From a virus, in the UHGV virus genome UHGV-1369627: a stretch of DNA of 49,014 bases; one strand, 5' to 3'. Numbering within the stretch: the stretch's first letter is position 1; every line of letters begins with the position of its first letter. The notes under the pieces are model-generated. The model was given only the letters and a program-made list of their open reading frames with translations. It was not told the origin of the DNA and ran no database searches. A program made the translations under genes and the position numbers. Shown here in pieces: positions 19,769-29,224 of this stretch.

Positions 19769-20569
19769 TTAATCCTCCAGTTTTACGCCTGGTATTTCAC
19801 CGGCTGCTATGGAGTTGTAGATTGAATTAAATGCCAAATCCAAGCCAAGAGATTTAGTAGTATACATTGTTGCTATCTTAATCATTTCCTCAATGGCCTC
19901 TTCACGCTTCCGTCCTGCTTCGGTGCGGAGTGGGCGGAACTCCCGAAGGTTTACCTCACTGGTGTACTCATCGCCATCCTCATGGCATAACCAGAAAATT
20001 CTATTCTTCCCTACACAAAGAACGGTTCCGATACCCCAACTACCGTCATCGGCCTCAAACTCACACTCACAACCAACTGGCGGCAGTCCTTCGCCATTCC
20101 AAACCGGAGCAGCATCCTGACCTATGCACTCATTCAGGTCGGTTTCGTCATCAGTTTTGGCCTGCTCTGCTTCCTGTGGCTTGTGCAGGCGGTAGGCGAT
20201 GATATTGCAGTCTTGCCAAACGTGCTCCCATGAATACTCACCAGCGGGGTAGCCTGATTGCGCATTTCCATTCTTAAATTTGACATCCACAACTGTGTTT
20301 GTGCTAACCGGTGGATGTTTCCCGCCACCCCACTCAATCCATCCTTCATTTTTGGCGGCCAGCGCAGCTTCGTACTGTTCTCGGGTTACCTCAACCCATC
20401 TGTCTTCAACATCGTATTTCATACTGATGCGCCATTCTGATGGGCAATCTCCATCTTTATTGACAAAACATAATGTATCATTACTACAAAGAAACCCCGC
20501 CTCTACAGCGCCGTCAGGAAACCCGCCAAGCGCTGGAAGTTCCTGAACCAACAAATCAATCGTTTTCAT
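19769..20569 (-). CDS. hypothetical protein
   Basis: 266-aa ORF with Cys-containing motifs and good coding signal. Confidence 0.5.
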   Translation of the reverse strand: MKTIDLLVQELPALGGFPDGAVEAGFLCSNDTLCFVNKDGDCPSEWRISMKYDVEDRWVEVTREQYEAALAAKNEGWIEWGGGKHPPVSTNTVVDVKFKNGNAQSGYPAGEYSWEHVWQDCNIIAYRLHKPQEAEQAKTDDETDLNECIGQDAAPVWNGEGLPPVGCECEFEADDGSWGIGTVLCVGKNRIFWLCHEDGDEYTSEVNLREFRPLRTEAGRKREEAIEEMIKIATMYTTKSLGLDLAFNSIYNSIAAGEIPGVKLED

Positions 20570-20696
20570 TTCTTCTCTCCGTTATAAATGCTTTTCAGCT
20601 CACCCATCACATTCAGCCATGCTGCATGCTCATCCATGCCGCGCATCACCAATTTAACGTAGCGATTGCGGGCCTTAAACATCAGGCGCGGGCACA

Positions 20697-20987
20697 TTAC
20701 AAGTCACCCATGCTTGATACGCAAAGCGCAATTGTGATTGCCTTTATTTCTTTTGGTGTCTTGTTCGGCATTGAGTAGGCCATATTCACTGTTGCACCAA
20801 GCACCTTGTTGGCATCCACGCCGTACTCAGGGCTTTGCGCTACCGCCATTGCTATGCTCTGAGGTACTCCGGAATCACGAGCATCTGCCGCGGCGAACCC
20901 AACATCACCAACTTTGTTGCACACTTCGCCAGCCGATGCGCCAAATGAAGCCATTGCGATAATTGCTACTGCGATTAATTTTTCCAT
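20697..20987 (-). CDS. small secreted protein (signal peptide)
   Basis: 96 aa. MEKLIAVAIIAMASFGASA-GE. Confidence 0.5.
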   Translation of the reverse strand: MEKLIAVAIIAMASFGASAGEVCNKVGDVGFAAADARDSGVPQSIAMAVAQSPEYGVDANKVLGATVNMAYSMPNKTPKEIKAITIALCVSSMGDL

Positions 20988-21032
20988 CTTGAATCCCCTG
21001 TGTTTGTGTAACTACATCATCGCCTACGATTC

Positions 21033-21044
21033 AATCTACGTCAA
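21033..21044 (-). promoter_or_regulatory. conserved 12-mer TTGACGTAGATT (minus strand) in a divergent control region
   Basis: Exact copy of the early-promoter 12-mer; the -10 is unclear. Confidence 0.4.
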
Positions 21045-21052
21045 GGTTATTG

Positions 21053-21061
21053 TGATAAAAT
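21053..21061 (+). promoter_or_regulatory. late promoter, extended -10 TGaTAAAAT
   Basis: Lies 25 nt before the endolysin start. Confidence 0.45.
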
Positions 21062-21085
21062 AATCTGCATCACCGGAGGTAATAA

Positions 21086-21523
21086 ATGAAACTATCAACG
21101 CGCGGAAAGAATTTAATTAAATCTCATGAAGGGCTGGTGCTTGCAGTCTACCCTGACCCGGCAACCGGAGGCGCTCCGTACACCGCTGGATACGGTCATA
21201 CCGGAAGCGACGTTAAGCCGGGAATGAAGGTCACGCAGGCAATGGCTGACGCATGGTTTGATAAAGACGTAGCGAAATTTGAAAGCGGCGTCTCGTCACT
21301 TATCACATCCCCGACAACTCAGGGGCAGTTTGATGCAATGGTGTCGCTGGCCTACAACATTGGCCTTGGTAACTTTGGCAAATCAACTCTGCTGAAAAAG
21401 CATAACGCCCGCTGCTACACCTGTGCTGCCGACCAGTTCCGGGTATGGAATCGCGCTAATGGCAAGGTCATGAACGGACTGACCAAGCGTAGAGCGGCAG
21501 AACGTCAGGTCTACATGTCATGA
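21086..21523 (+). CDS. endolysin, GH24 lysozyme (lambda R / T4 e-like)
   Basis: SHEGLVLAVYPD...TAGYGHT catalytic region typical of phage lysozymes. Confidence 0.85.
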   Translation: MKLSTRGKNLIKSHEGLVLAVYPDPATGGAPYTAGYGHTGSDVKPGMKVTQAMADAWFDKDVAKFESGVSSLITSPTTQGQFDAMVSLAYNIGLGNFGKSTLLKKHNARCYTCAADQFRVWNRANGKVMNGLTKRRAAERQVYMS

Positions 21524-21765
21524 AGCGCCTCAGTAACTGGCTTATCGGCATTTGGGCGTCATTCTGCTCGCTGATTCAGCTCTGGCCTGACGCCATGGTT
21601 CACGTATGGGCTTTCATGCCTGAAGACTTAAAGTCTGCCATTCCGCCGATTGCGGTCAAGGCGATCAGCTACAGCATCCTTCTTGCCTCGCTATTTGGAA
21701 AAATGCACGGCATGAAGAAAGAGATTAAGGCGCTGAAAAATGATTCTGCAAATCCTCAAGGCTAA
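21520..21765 (+). CDS. putative holin (two transmembrane segments)
   Basis: 81 aa. Overlaps the endolysin stop by ATGA. Charged C-terminus. Confidence 0.5.
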   Translation: MKRLSNWLIGIWASFCSLIQLWPDAMVHVWAFMPEDLKSAIPPIAVKAISYSILLASLFGKMHGMKKEIKALKNDSANPQG

Positions 21766-22234
21766 CTGGAAAGTTGTTGCGGCCATTATCGGCGTCGCAC
21801 TTCTAGCGCTGATTATCTACGGAAAGTGGGTCAATTACGGGAAAGAGAAGTATAACTCTGGATATCTGGCCGCCGTAGAGGCGCAGAAGGTCAAAGACAA
21901 AGAGGCAAGCGAACAACATGAGCAAGACAAAAAGACCATCGAGCAGGAAGCGCAAGGCCGCATTGATGCCGCGCGTGCTGATGCTTCCGCTGCTGCTGCT
22001 AAGTCTGGCAGGTTGCAGCAACAGCTCACCACAATCAGAAAGCAGCTCCTCGATTATTCCCGCTCTGAGTCCATTGGCAATCCAGCCGCCAGTACCGGAG
22101 TTTTGCTCTCCCAGCTGCTCAGCGAATCTGTCGAAAGAAATCGACAACTGGCAGAATACGCTGACTCAGCAAGGGAAGCAGGACTGACATGCCAAGCGCA
22201 ATACACCTCTTTGCGCAATAAAAAAGCCCCGTAA
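21740..22234 (+). CDS. i-spanin (Rz-like)
   Basis: N-terminal TM followed by a coiled-coil periplasmic domain. Confidence 0.7.
   Translation: MILQILKANWKVVAAIIGVALLALIIYGKWVNYGKEKYNSGYLAAVEAQKVKDKEASEQHEQDKKTIEQEAQGRIDAARADASAAAAKSGRLQQQLTTIRKQLLDYSRSESIGNPAASTGVLLSQLLSESVERNRQLAEYADSAREAGLTCQAQYTSLRNKKAP
21918..22187 (+). CDS. o-spanin (Rz1-like lipoprotein) embedded in the +1 frame of the i-spanin gene
   Basis: Lipobox LSLAGC. Pro-rich mature region. Confidence 0.7.
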   Translation: MSKTKRPSSRKRKAALMPRVLMLPLLLLSLAGCSNSSPQSESSSSIIPALSPLAIQPPVPEFCSPSCSANLSKEIDNWQNTLTQQGKQD

Positions 22235-22249
22235 AGGGGCTTTGTTTTA
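22224..22249 (+). terminator. rho-independent terminator
   Basis: AGCCCC-GTAAA-GGGGCT followed by TTGTTTT. Confidence 0.7.
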
Positions 22250-22393
22250 GAAAATACCAAGGTCAATCTCACGCATAAAGCGCCTCCATCTTGTACCCAA
22301 ACATGATTGCGTTTTGATGCTCAACACTACCAGCAAACGCCAGATAGCGGCGACCACGATTGCTGGTGATGATGTAGGCTGCTGGTTCTCGCT

Positions 22394-22630
22394 TCATAAC
22401 TTCACCATAGACGCTTTGCTGACACTTTTGTTGATGTGCTGGATGCACTTGATAATCACCCCAACCTCATCGTGAGTAAACAGGCTGCAATCATATGCAG
22501 CATTGACTTTGTCGCCAGTCACTTCAATAGTCAGGTGCTTGCCTTTTAACCACGCAGCAAACCCATTGCACTCAAAGTGTCCTGATTCTTGCGCTGCATT
22601 ATCCGCGCATGCATTGGTAACTTTCATCAC
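22394..22630 (-). CDS. hypothetical protein
   Basis: 78 aa. Last large gene of the leftward accessory operon. Confidence 0.4.
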   Translation of the reverse strand: MMKVTNACADNAAQESGHFECNGFAAWLKGKHLTIEVTGDKVNAAYDCSLFTHDEVGVIIKCIQHINKSVSKASMVKL

Positions 22631-23106
22631 TTTATCTCCCCATTCAGTTCATTAACAATTAATGTTGCATAGCCAGCAATGTCTTTCCAGCTATCGTCGT
22701 ATGTCGGGTCGCCATTCAAGATGCGGCCAATTTTATGCTGAATCATGTCGAGCGCCTCCTTCTGGCTCGCCGTCAGGTTGTTCCAGCCGTCAACGTCGCG
22801 CATGGTGTCTTTCAGTGACTGCATGATTTCTGCGCCGTCTTTGAATTTGCCATAGCGGCTGCCGCGCTCGGTGATGAGGGCTTCTGTTGGGGATGCAAAC
22901 CACATTTCCGCGCCGATCTCCGTAACATTCACTGGCTCACGATGGGCGATAACAATATCGCCATACTTTTCGATATCCTTGGCTCGGCCTGCGTAATCCA
23001 AGCCAAGATGGTATACCCTGCCACTGATCGCTGACTTCACAACAAGAATGGCTCCAGGATGGCCGTAAAAATCAGCTTCACTTCCTTTATGGTATTTGTA
23101 TTTCAT
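22627..23106 (-). CDS. hypothetical protein (C-terminal region possibly all-alpha NTP-PPase-like)
   Basis: 159-aa ORF. The family assignment is not secure. Confidence 0.45.
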   Translation of the reverse strand: MKYKYHKGSEADFYGHPGAILVVKSAISGRVYHLGLDYAGRAKDIEKYGDIVIAHREPVNVTEIGAEMWFASPTEALITERGSRYGKFKDGAEIMQSLKDTMRDVDGWNNLTASQKEALDMIQHKIGRILNGDPTYDDSWKDIAGYATLIVNELNGEIK

Positions 23107-23288
23107 CTAACCACCTCAAATTTAATTTTCACCACCTCATCACTTGATGCGCCATTCTCAACGACCCATTTATAGGCATCAAACCGGTCTTCAAAGACAA
23201 TCATTCTTGGCGGGGTGTTATCACTATCCCCATTAACATAAGAAACCGGGGTGCCACTGTCGTTTATTACCGTCCACCTTTCCATCAC
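23103..23288 (-). CDS. hypothetical protein
   Basis: 61 aa; its end overlaps the neighbour by 4 nt. Confidence 0.4.
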   Translation of the reverse strand: MMERWTVINDSGTPVSYVNGDSDNTPPRMIVFEDRFDAYKWVVENGASSDEVVKIKFEVVR

Positions 23289-23485
23289 TCCACCCTCAAT
23301 GTAACCTTGTTTTTCTCATCCACACTGAAGTGTTTACGCACAAACGCATACATTTCTTCAGCGCTCCATTCCCGCATTGCTACATAGCAGTGCGCGTAAT
23401 ATCTGACATCTCGCAGGCTTAACGGCTGGCGCTTAGCGATAATCTCAGTCAGTACTTCCAGTGGTTCTTTGCGTTGTCTCGCCAT
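23285..23485 (-). CDS. hypothetical protein
   Basis: 66 aa. First gene after the 23515..23526 promoter. Confidence 0.45.
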   Translation of the reverse strand: MARQRKEPLEVLTEIIAKRQPLSLRDVRYYAHCYVAMREWSAEEMYAFVRKHFSVDEKNKVTLRVE

Positions 23486-23514
23486 TGTCGCTCTCCTGTG
23501 AAATCATCTTGACT

Positions 23515-23526
23515 AATCTACGTCAA
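23515..23526 (-). promoter_or_regulatory. conserved 12-mer TTGACGTAGATT (minus strand)
   Basis: Lies 30 nt upstream of the 23485 start. A plus-strand GGTGTAGATT at 23543..23552 probably serves the rightward operon. Confidence 0.4.
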
Positions 23527-23580
23527 TTAGTCAATACTTGCTGGTGTAGATTGTAACATAAATAGATAAGGTGGTGTGGA

Positions 23581-23796
23581 ATGAAGAAGTGGCAGGAGGT
23601 GACAGAGGTTCATAAGCGCGATTGCCGGGAGACTCTGCAAATGCTTAATGTTCCAGAGTCAATCATTAAATCTATCGAGCAGCGCATTGACCTGGCTGCT
23701 ATGGAGGCCGCCCATGAAGCCGAGGAAGCGCAAATGTTGTCATGGATGGACAGAACTCTACCGGGCGTTTTACATCGTGGTAAGACTACCGATTGA
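23581..23796 (+). CDS. hypothetical protein
   Basis: 71 aa, RBS AAGGTGGTG. Confidence 0.45.
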   Translation: MKKWQEVTEVHKRDCRETLQMLNVPESIIKSIEQRIDLAAMEAAHEAEEAQMLSWMDRTLPGVLHRGKTTD

Positions 23797-23879
23797 AGAT
23801 GATGATGGGTATCTGCACAACCACAGTCAGGTGCTCAAATATTATGGCGTTCACTATAAAGTGCTGATGGAGAGAAAAA

Positions 23880-24071
23880 ATGACTACTGATCAGGTGTAC
23901 GAAAAAGAATTGCTGAACAAGCTGGAAGAACTTGACCGTACTCGCGCTTGGGTTGAAAGCGAATTGCGCGAGGTTCGCAACCGTATGCAACGGCAGGTTA
24001 ACCGCGAAATTATCGAGTGGCGCGAAGGGCGCCCGCATTTCAGCAATATTGGTGAATGGGTGGCGAAATGA
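23880..24071 (+). CDS. hypothetical protein
   Basis: 63 aa. Confidence 0.4.
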   Translation: MTTDQVYEKELLNKLEELDRTRAWVESELREVRNRMQRQVNREIIEWREGRPHFSNIGEWVAK

Positions 24072-24553
24072 ACTTTTCAGACGCCTTCAGTTACATTGAT
24101 GGAATCCTAATCAGGAAGACAAGAACCAGCAACAGGGTTAATGTCGGTGATTCGGCTGGAACTATTCGTCCTGATGGTTATTTGCAGGTTAGATTTCTAG
24201 GCAAGCTGCATCTTGTTCACAGGATTGTATGGGAGATGCACAATGGGCCAATACCAGAGGGGATGGAAATTGACCATATAAACCACATAAAAACAGATAA
24301 CAGAATAGAGAATTTAAGGGTGGTTGACAGGGCCAAAAACCAAATGAACAGGCCAATGCAGAATAACAATGGGAGTGGGGTTAATGGGGTTGATTGGAGT
24401 AAAAGCAATCGCTCATGGAGGGCGCGAATCAGAATTGGTGGTCGAGAGATTCATCTTGGTTACTTCAACAAACTTGATGACGCAATCGAAGCCAGAGGGA
24501 TGGCTAATTTGAAATATAGATTTCACAGCAATCATGGGGTGGCAAAATGTTAA
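24056..24553 (+). CDS. HNH homing endonuclease with AP2 domain
   Basis: IDHINHIKTDNRIENLR and SGVNGVDW motifs. Confidence 0.75.
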   Translation: MGGEMNFSDAFSYIDGILIRKTRTSNRVNVGDSAGTIRPDGYLQVRFLGKLHLVHRIVWEMHNGPIPEGMEIDHINHIKTDNRIENLRVVDRAKNQMNRPMQNNNGSGVNGVDWSKSNRSWRARIRIGGREIHLGYFNKLDDAIEARGMANLKYRFHSNHGVAKC

Positions 24554-24783
24554 TGAATGATGAGGGCCTTCTGGAATGCCCGCTTTGTGGTGGTAATGAT
24601 GCATATAGTGATTTTTGTCATCGCAGAAAAAAGCATTTTGTCGTCTGCTGGGTATGCAGTTGCAATACCGGAGAGCAGCTAAGCATGTCGTCAGCAATCA
24701 GAAAGTGGAACACCAGAAATGGCCACCTCTACACCGCTGACGACTACAAACAGGATGCAATGGAGCGCGCAAATGGACTTTAA
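24547..24783 (+). CDS. lar: Lar-family restriction alleviation protein
   Basis: 78 aa. CPLCGG...C..C zinc ribbon and ...IRKWNTR, like Rac prophage Lar. Confidence 0.55.
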   Translation: MLMNDEGLLECPLCGGNDAYSDFCHRRKKHFVVCWVCSCNTGEQLSMSSAIRKWNTRNGHLYTADDYKQDAMERANGL

Positions 24784-25243
24784 AACGCAAATACTCACGG
24801 TGATAGAGCGCTGCGGCGGTGCAACCAATGCCATGATACGCAAGCAGACTGGCATGACAAACCGAGCAAGTGTTACTGGCTATCTGATTGAGCTTGAGGG
24901 TATGGGATTTATTATTAAAGAGGAAAGCGTCAGCTATGGCAGGCGCTGCTTTAAGTATTTCCTCAATCCCGATAATACCGCGCTTGACCTGGCAATTCAG
25001 ACCTATCTTGAGGCGAATCCAGGGCGCAAGAGCAAGCAGATAGCAGAGGCTATCGGCGTCAAGTACACCATCCTCAAGGCACGCATGCGCTATCTGGCAA
25101 GCATTGGTCAGGTTGACCGCGAAATGCTCCCAGGTGGAGCATGGAAATATTACTGGCAGGAAATCATCCCGTTTGGCATGAGCCGTGACAGGATGATGTT
25201 TGAGAAGTTGCTTGCCGGGGCCCGCCAGTCATGTGGGCAGTAA
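24773..25243 (+). CDS. winged-helix DNA-binding protein (two wHTH-like repeats)
   Basis: Start at MDFKTQ within ORF 24719..25243. Confidence 0.45.
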   Translation: MDFKTQILTVIERCGGATNAMIRKQTGMTNRASVTGYLIELEGMGFIIKEESVSYGRRCFKYFLNPDNTALDLAIQTYLEANPGRKSKQIAEAIGVKYTILKARMRYLASIGQVDREMLPGGAWKYYWQEIIPFGMSRDRMMFEKLLAGARQSCGQ

Positions 25244-25431
25244 AGCATAAATCAGGAACCGTGCTGTTTGTCACCAATTGTGAACGCACGGCCAATAATC
25301 GCAGAGAAATGGGGTGGATAGTGAAAGAAACTGAGTGCCAACACGAATGGGTTAGCAAGGGAAGCTATCCGGATATTTATTATGTATGCATGTGGTGCGG
25401 AGAATGTGCCGATGACGAAAATGACGAGTAG
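25231..25431 (+). CDS. small Cys-containing protein
   Basis: 66 aa with C..C...CMWCGEC. Confidence 0.35.
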   Translation: MWAVKHKSGTVLFVTNCERTANNRREMGWIVKETECQHEWVSKGSYPDIYYVCMWCGECADDENDE

Positions 25432-26044
25432 AGAGCAGTTTGAAAAGTGGTTCAATGAGCGCGCAAGGTGGAAAATAGTTGCAAGCATGCGCGGTAAAAC
25501 AAGCTATATAAATAACCCATCAGCAAAAGAAAAGTGGGAGGTGTGGCAAGCCTCGCGCGAAGCTATTGAGATTACGTTGCCTGAAGTTTATGGCGAAAAA
25601 TACACACCATCATCATGTGCTATGGATGGTTTTGATTTTGAGCAGTGCCTACAGGACTTATATGCAGCAATCGAGCTGGCTGATGTGAAGGTGAAAAAAA
25701 TGAAACTACAACTTAACGAAATTATGGAAGCAACAGTCAGCGAGCTTGACGACCTCGATATGACGCTTGCCTTTGAGATTGAGGCTATCGAGCGCCAGCT
25801 TGCGGGAAATCAGGATGGAAATAAAGTATGGAGAGAGAAGGCCATGAAGGCGCGTGACCATATGAAGCGCACCCGCGCACTGGTTCGCACTCGCCTTGAT
25901 AAGCTCTACTACGGTGAAGAAAGAATGTTGCATGGCGCCATTCTGGCCGAAATCCGCAAAACGATGCCCATCGGGAAATTCATGGATGCCGTAAACCGCG
26001 CAAAAATTAACTGCGGAATGTTAAATAAGAATAGTCCTCAATAA
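25412..26044 (+). CDS. hypothetical coiled-coil protein
   Basis: Start at MTKMTS within ORF 25382..26044. Confidence 0.45.
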   Translation: MTKMTSREQFEKWFNERARWKIVASMRGKTSYINNPSAKEKWEVWQASREAIEITLPEVYGEKYTPSSCAMDGFDFEQCLQDLYAAIELADVKVKKMKLQLNEIMEATVSELDDLDMTLAFEIEAIERQLAGNQDGNKVWREKAMKARDHMKRTRALVRTRLDKLYYGEERMLHGAILAEIRKTMPIGKFMDAVNRAKINCGMLNKNSPQ

Positions 26045-26187
26045 ATTCTCTTCCGCGGCTGTTACCTTGCATTCAGGAGGTAGCAGCCATGCCAATCATA
26101 CTGATATCATTCTTTGCTACTCTTTTCGCTTTTACCGCATCTCCGCTTTACCTTCTCGCGTCCGTTTCGTGGTGCATATTCATGGTG

Positions 26188-26196
26188 TGTTATAAT
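26188..26196 (+). promoter_or_regulatory. late promoter, extended -10 TGtTATAAT
   Basis: Lies 30 nt before the scaffold/protease gene, which has RBS GGAGAAAGG. Confidence 0.5.
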
Positions 26197-26226
26197 CCGG
26201 GCATAAAGTAAGCGCGGAGAAAGGTC

Positions 26227-27627
26227 ATGATTGTCAAAATTGGCGACAAGTGGGTCGTTAAATCTAAGGATGGCTCGCACCAGTTTGGCGAGTACGACAC
26301 CGAAGAGGCGGCGAAAAAGCGCCTTGCTGAGGTGGAGGCATTCAAGCACATGAATAATAAATTACAGGTTAACATCCTGTATACCATCAACTCAGCCAGC
26401 AACATCAGTGAAAAAATCATTGATGGCGACCCGCACTATGTCATCAAGAATGTTGTGCCGGTGGTGGATGATATTGTCATGAATGGCGGCCTGTACCCTG
26501 GCGATGAGATTAAAAAATCATTTCATGGCCTTGACGGGAAACCAGCGCCCTATGACCACCCGAAGATTGACGGGAAATACGTGTCGGCCAACATGACGCG
26601 AGCCGCCAATCAGTTCAGCGTTGGCGCATGGATTGAGAACTCATCCCATGACGGCAGCAAGGCGCTGGTAGACCTTTATATTAATAAGGTGGTGGCTGAG
26701 CGCTCTGATAAAGGCAAAGAATTGCTGTCGCGTATTGATGGTCTCAAGGCCAACAGCGCCGATGCTGAACCTGTTCAGGTGTCTACCGGCCTGTTGCTCA
26801 ACCGCGAGCAGGCATCAGGAACCTCTAAGGGTAAAAAATATTCATGGATTGCCCGAAATATGGAGTGGGATCACCTCGCCATTCTTCCGCCTGGCATTCC
26901 AGGTGCTGGCGGTCCTGCTGATGGTGTCGGTATCTTTGCTGCTAACGGCGAAGACATTGAGCGCGTTGTAGTCAACCTTGAGGAATCGGCAATGACCGAC
27001 GAAAGTGCAAACAAAATCAAATGGTGGAAGCGCGCCATCAATCGCCTGACTGGCAATCAACTGTCATTCACCGATATTACCGAGCAGCTCCGCAATATCA
27101 TCAAGGCCGAGATGCCAGCCGACTCGTGGCCTTATATCGTCGCCGTTTATGATAATTACTTCGGCGTTGAGATTGACGGCACCATTTATATGCAGTCCTA
27201 CATCGTCCGTGAGGATATGGTAGAATTAGTCGGTGAACGGGTTAAGGCTGTTTATAAGACAGAGCTTGAACCGGTAAAAACAACTCAAGGGGAAATCTCA
27301 ATGACTAACGAGGAATTACAGGCTGTATTAGCCGATGCCCTCAAACCGGTTCAGGAATCGTTGACCGCAGTCAACCAGAAACTGGCCGATGTGGAGGCGC
27401 AAAACAAAACCCTGCGCGACCAGCTGCAAGCCAATGCCGCACAGGAAGAAACCGCAATGCGCGCCGCCATTATGGCTGAGCTGAAGTTGCCGGAATCTGC
27501 TGTTAATGCGCTGACTGGCGAAGCACTGCGCGAAACCTATGCACTCACCAGTAAAGCGGCTCCGATTTCTGGCGGGTTCCAGCCGAACCGTGCCGAAGAA
27601 GATTTTGATATGGAGGCACCTGAATAA
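26227..27627 (+). CDS. putative prohead scaffold/protease protein (DUF2213-like)
   Basis: 466 aa. Position is immediately upstream of the decoration-like and major capsid genes. The C-terminal half is a coiled coil. Confidence 0.5.
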   Translation: MIVKIGDKWVVKSKDGSHQFGEYDTEEAAKKRLAEVEAFKHMNNKLQVNILYTINSASNISEKIIDGDPHYVIKNVVPVVDDIVMNGGLYPGDEIKKSFHGLDGKPAPYDHPKIDGKYVSANMTRAANQFSVGAWIENSSHDGSKALVDLYINKVVAERSDKGKELLSRIDGLKANSADAEPVQVSTGLLLNREQASGTSKGKKYSWIARNMEWDHLAILPPGIPGAGGPADGVGIFAANGEDIERVVVNLEESAMTDESANKIKWWKRAINRLTGNQLSFTDITEQLRNIIKAEMPADSWPYIVAVYDNYFGVEIDGTIYMQSYIVREDMVELVGERVKAVYKTELEPVKTTQGEISMTNEELQAVLADALKPVQESLTAVNQKLADVEAQNKTLRDQLQANAAQEETAMRAAIMAELKLPESAVNALTGEALRETYALTSKAAPISGGFQPNRAEEDFDMEAPE

Positions 27628-28091
27628 TGGCTACTATCCGTTATGGCACCATCATCGGCGGCCCGGCCCGCAAAAACGACCCGCAGTTGCGCGAAGGGCT
27701 GATGAACGTCGCTCTGCAACCGGGCTCGCTGGTCGATTTCAACTCCTCTGACAAAATCATCGCGCATGCGACTGCTGGCGGCCAGGGTTTCCCTTACGTT
27801 CTGCAACACAACTATGTTGGCGGCGGCGACGTGAGCGAAGCTGTACCGGCAAATGCTACCGGCATGGCAGTACAGTGCGAATTTGGCGTAACGTATCACG
27901 CTCTGGTTGCGGCATCCTCCGCGCTGGTAAAAGGTACTCCGCTGGCAAGCAATGGCTCCGGCGCGTTAAAGGTTGCAGAAGCAGGAGAAAATATCCTGTT
28001 TTATGCGTATGAAGCCTACACCGTAGCATCTGATGGCGCTGAACTCGTTGCAGTTCGTCGTGCTGGCAATGCTGCAATGCCTGCGGCGTAA
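27627..28091 (+). CDS. putative capsid accessory/decoration protein
   Basis: 154 aa. Translationally coupled upstream of the major capsid gene. Confidence 0.4.
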   Translation: MATIRYGTIIGGPARKNDPQLREGLMNVALQPGSLVDFNSSDKIIAHATAGGQGFPYVLQHNYVGGGDVSEAVPANATGMAVQCEFGVTYHALVAASSALVKGTPLASNGSGALKVAEAGENILFYAYEAYTVASDGAELVAVRRAGNAAMPAA

Positions 28092-28102
28092 GGAGCCGAA
28101 CA

Positions 28103-29191
28103 ATGGAAAAGATTATCTTTACGAAAGGCCTGATCACCAACTCGCAGGTGGTTAAAGAGCAATGGCGCCATCTGACCGTTGACCGCAAGGTTTTCATCAA
28201 TGGTGAAAACGCTCTGGCGAAAGAATACGGCGTGAACGCCACCGCGCTAGTAACGAAAGACTACTGGCGCGAAGTGGATGACGTGACCACCCGTGTATTC
28301 CGCAACGAATCCGGCATGGACATGATGGCCGACCTGATGACGCTGGCGACCAACATCAATATCGGTAAGACCGTGGCAGTTAGCCGCATGGCTTCCGATG
28401 CTGGTAAGGTTGTGCGCACCATCTCCGGGCAGGAGCCTGAAGACCTGGATAAAACCCGCTATTCCTACAGTGGCGATGTAATCCCGATCTTCAAAACCGG
28501 CTATGGCCGTGAGTGGCGTGAGCTGCTGGGTATGCAGTCTGAAGGTTTCGACCCGCTGATTGATGACCAGGAAAACACCACCTTCAACCTGCGCGCAGAC
28601 ATGGCGGATTATCTGCTGGTCGGCGATGCAAGCCTGAACGTGAACGGCGTTTATACTGCTTACGGCATCACCAACCACCCGAACACCGTGCAGCTTAACC
28701 TGAGCGCTTCCGGCACTGGTGCGCTGAACATCGACCTGCAAACTGCAACCCCTGATGAAATCGTTGAGTTCTTCAACCAGGATTTCCAGGCGGTTCTGGA
28801 TGCACAGAACGTGTTTGAGCCGGTTACTCTGTGGGTATCTCCGTCTGTGCGTCGCTCCTTCAGCCGTCCGTACTCCAACGCGGCAGGCTTCAAAGGCGGC
28901 ACCATTGAGGATTACATCCTCGCATTCGGCAAAACCGGCAACGTTGGCCGCATCGCGTCTATCGGCACCAACTTCAAGCTGACCGGGAACCATTTCGTCG
29001 GCTATGTGAAGAATGCGCTGTATATCCGCCCTCGCGTCGCTCAGCCGGTATCCACCTATGCAGAGCCGCGTACCACGCCGCACGCTAATTTTAACTTTTT
29101 AACGTGGGCTGCTATGGGTTTGCAAATACGGCGCGATTATTCAGGAAAATCAAAGGTTTTCAACGCATACGGTACACAGACAGCACTGTAA
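28103..29191 (+). CDS. major capsid protein (HK97-fold)
   Basis: 362 aa. High-GC, highly biased codon usage. Position is scaffold, then capsid, then terminator. Confidence 0.8.
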   Translation: MEKIIFTKGLITNSQVVKEQWRHLTVDRKVFINGENALAKEYGVNATALVTKDYWREVDDVTTRVFRNESGMDMMADLMTLATNINIGKTVAVSRMASDAGKVVRTISGQEPEDLDKTRYSYSGDVIPIFKTGYGREWRELLGMQSEGFDPLIDDQENTTFNLRADMADYLLVGDASLNVNGVYTAYGITNHPNTVQLNLSASGTGALNIDLQTATPDEIVEFFNQDFQAVLDAQNVFEPVTLWVSPSVRRSFSRPYSNAAGFKGGTIEDYILAFGKTGNVGRIASIGTNFKLTGNHFVGYVKNALYIRPRVAQPVSTYAEPRTTPHANFNFLTWAAMGLQIRRDYSGKSKVFNAYGTQTAL

Positions 29192-29196
29192 TTGAT

Positions 29197-29224
29197 AAAG
29201 GGGGCGTTAGCCCCCTTCTTTATA
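29197..29224. terminator. bidirectional rho-independent terminator
   Basis: GGGGGC-GTTA-GCCCCC followed by TTCTTTATA. Confidence 0.7.

Noticed and set aside
26089-26349. Hydrophobic 40-aa plus-strand ORF and 80-aa minus-strand ORF in the gap before the scaffold gene
   Set aside because: An extended -10 late promoter and the RBS of the scaffold gene lie inside them. No RBS of their own. Probably non-coding leader.
28247-29083. 278-aa minus-strand ORF
   Set aside because: Antisense to the high-GC major capsid gene. Open frames are expected in GC-rich antisense. No RBS or promoter.
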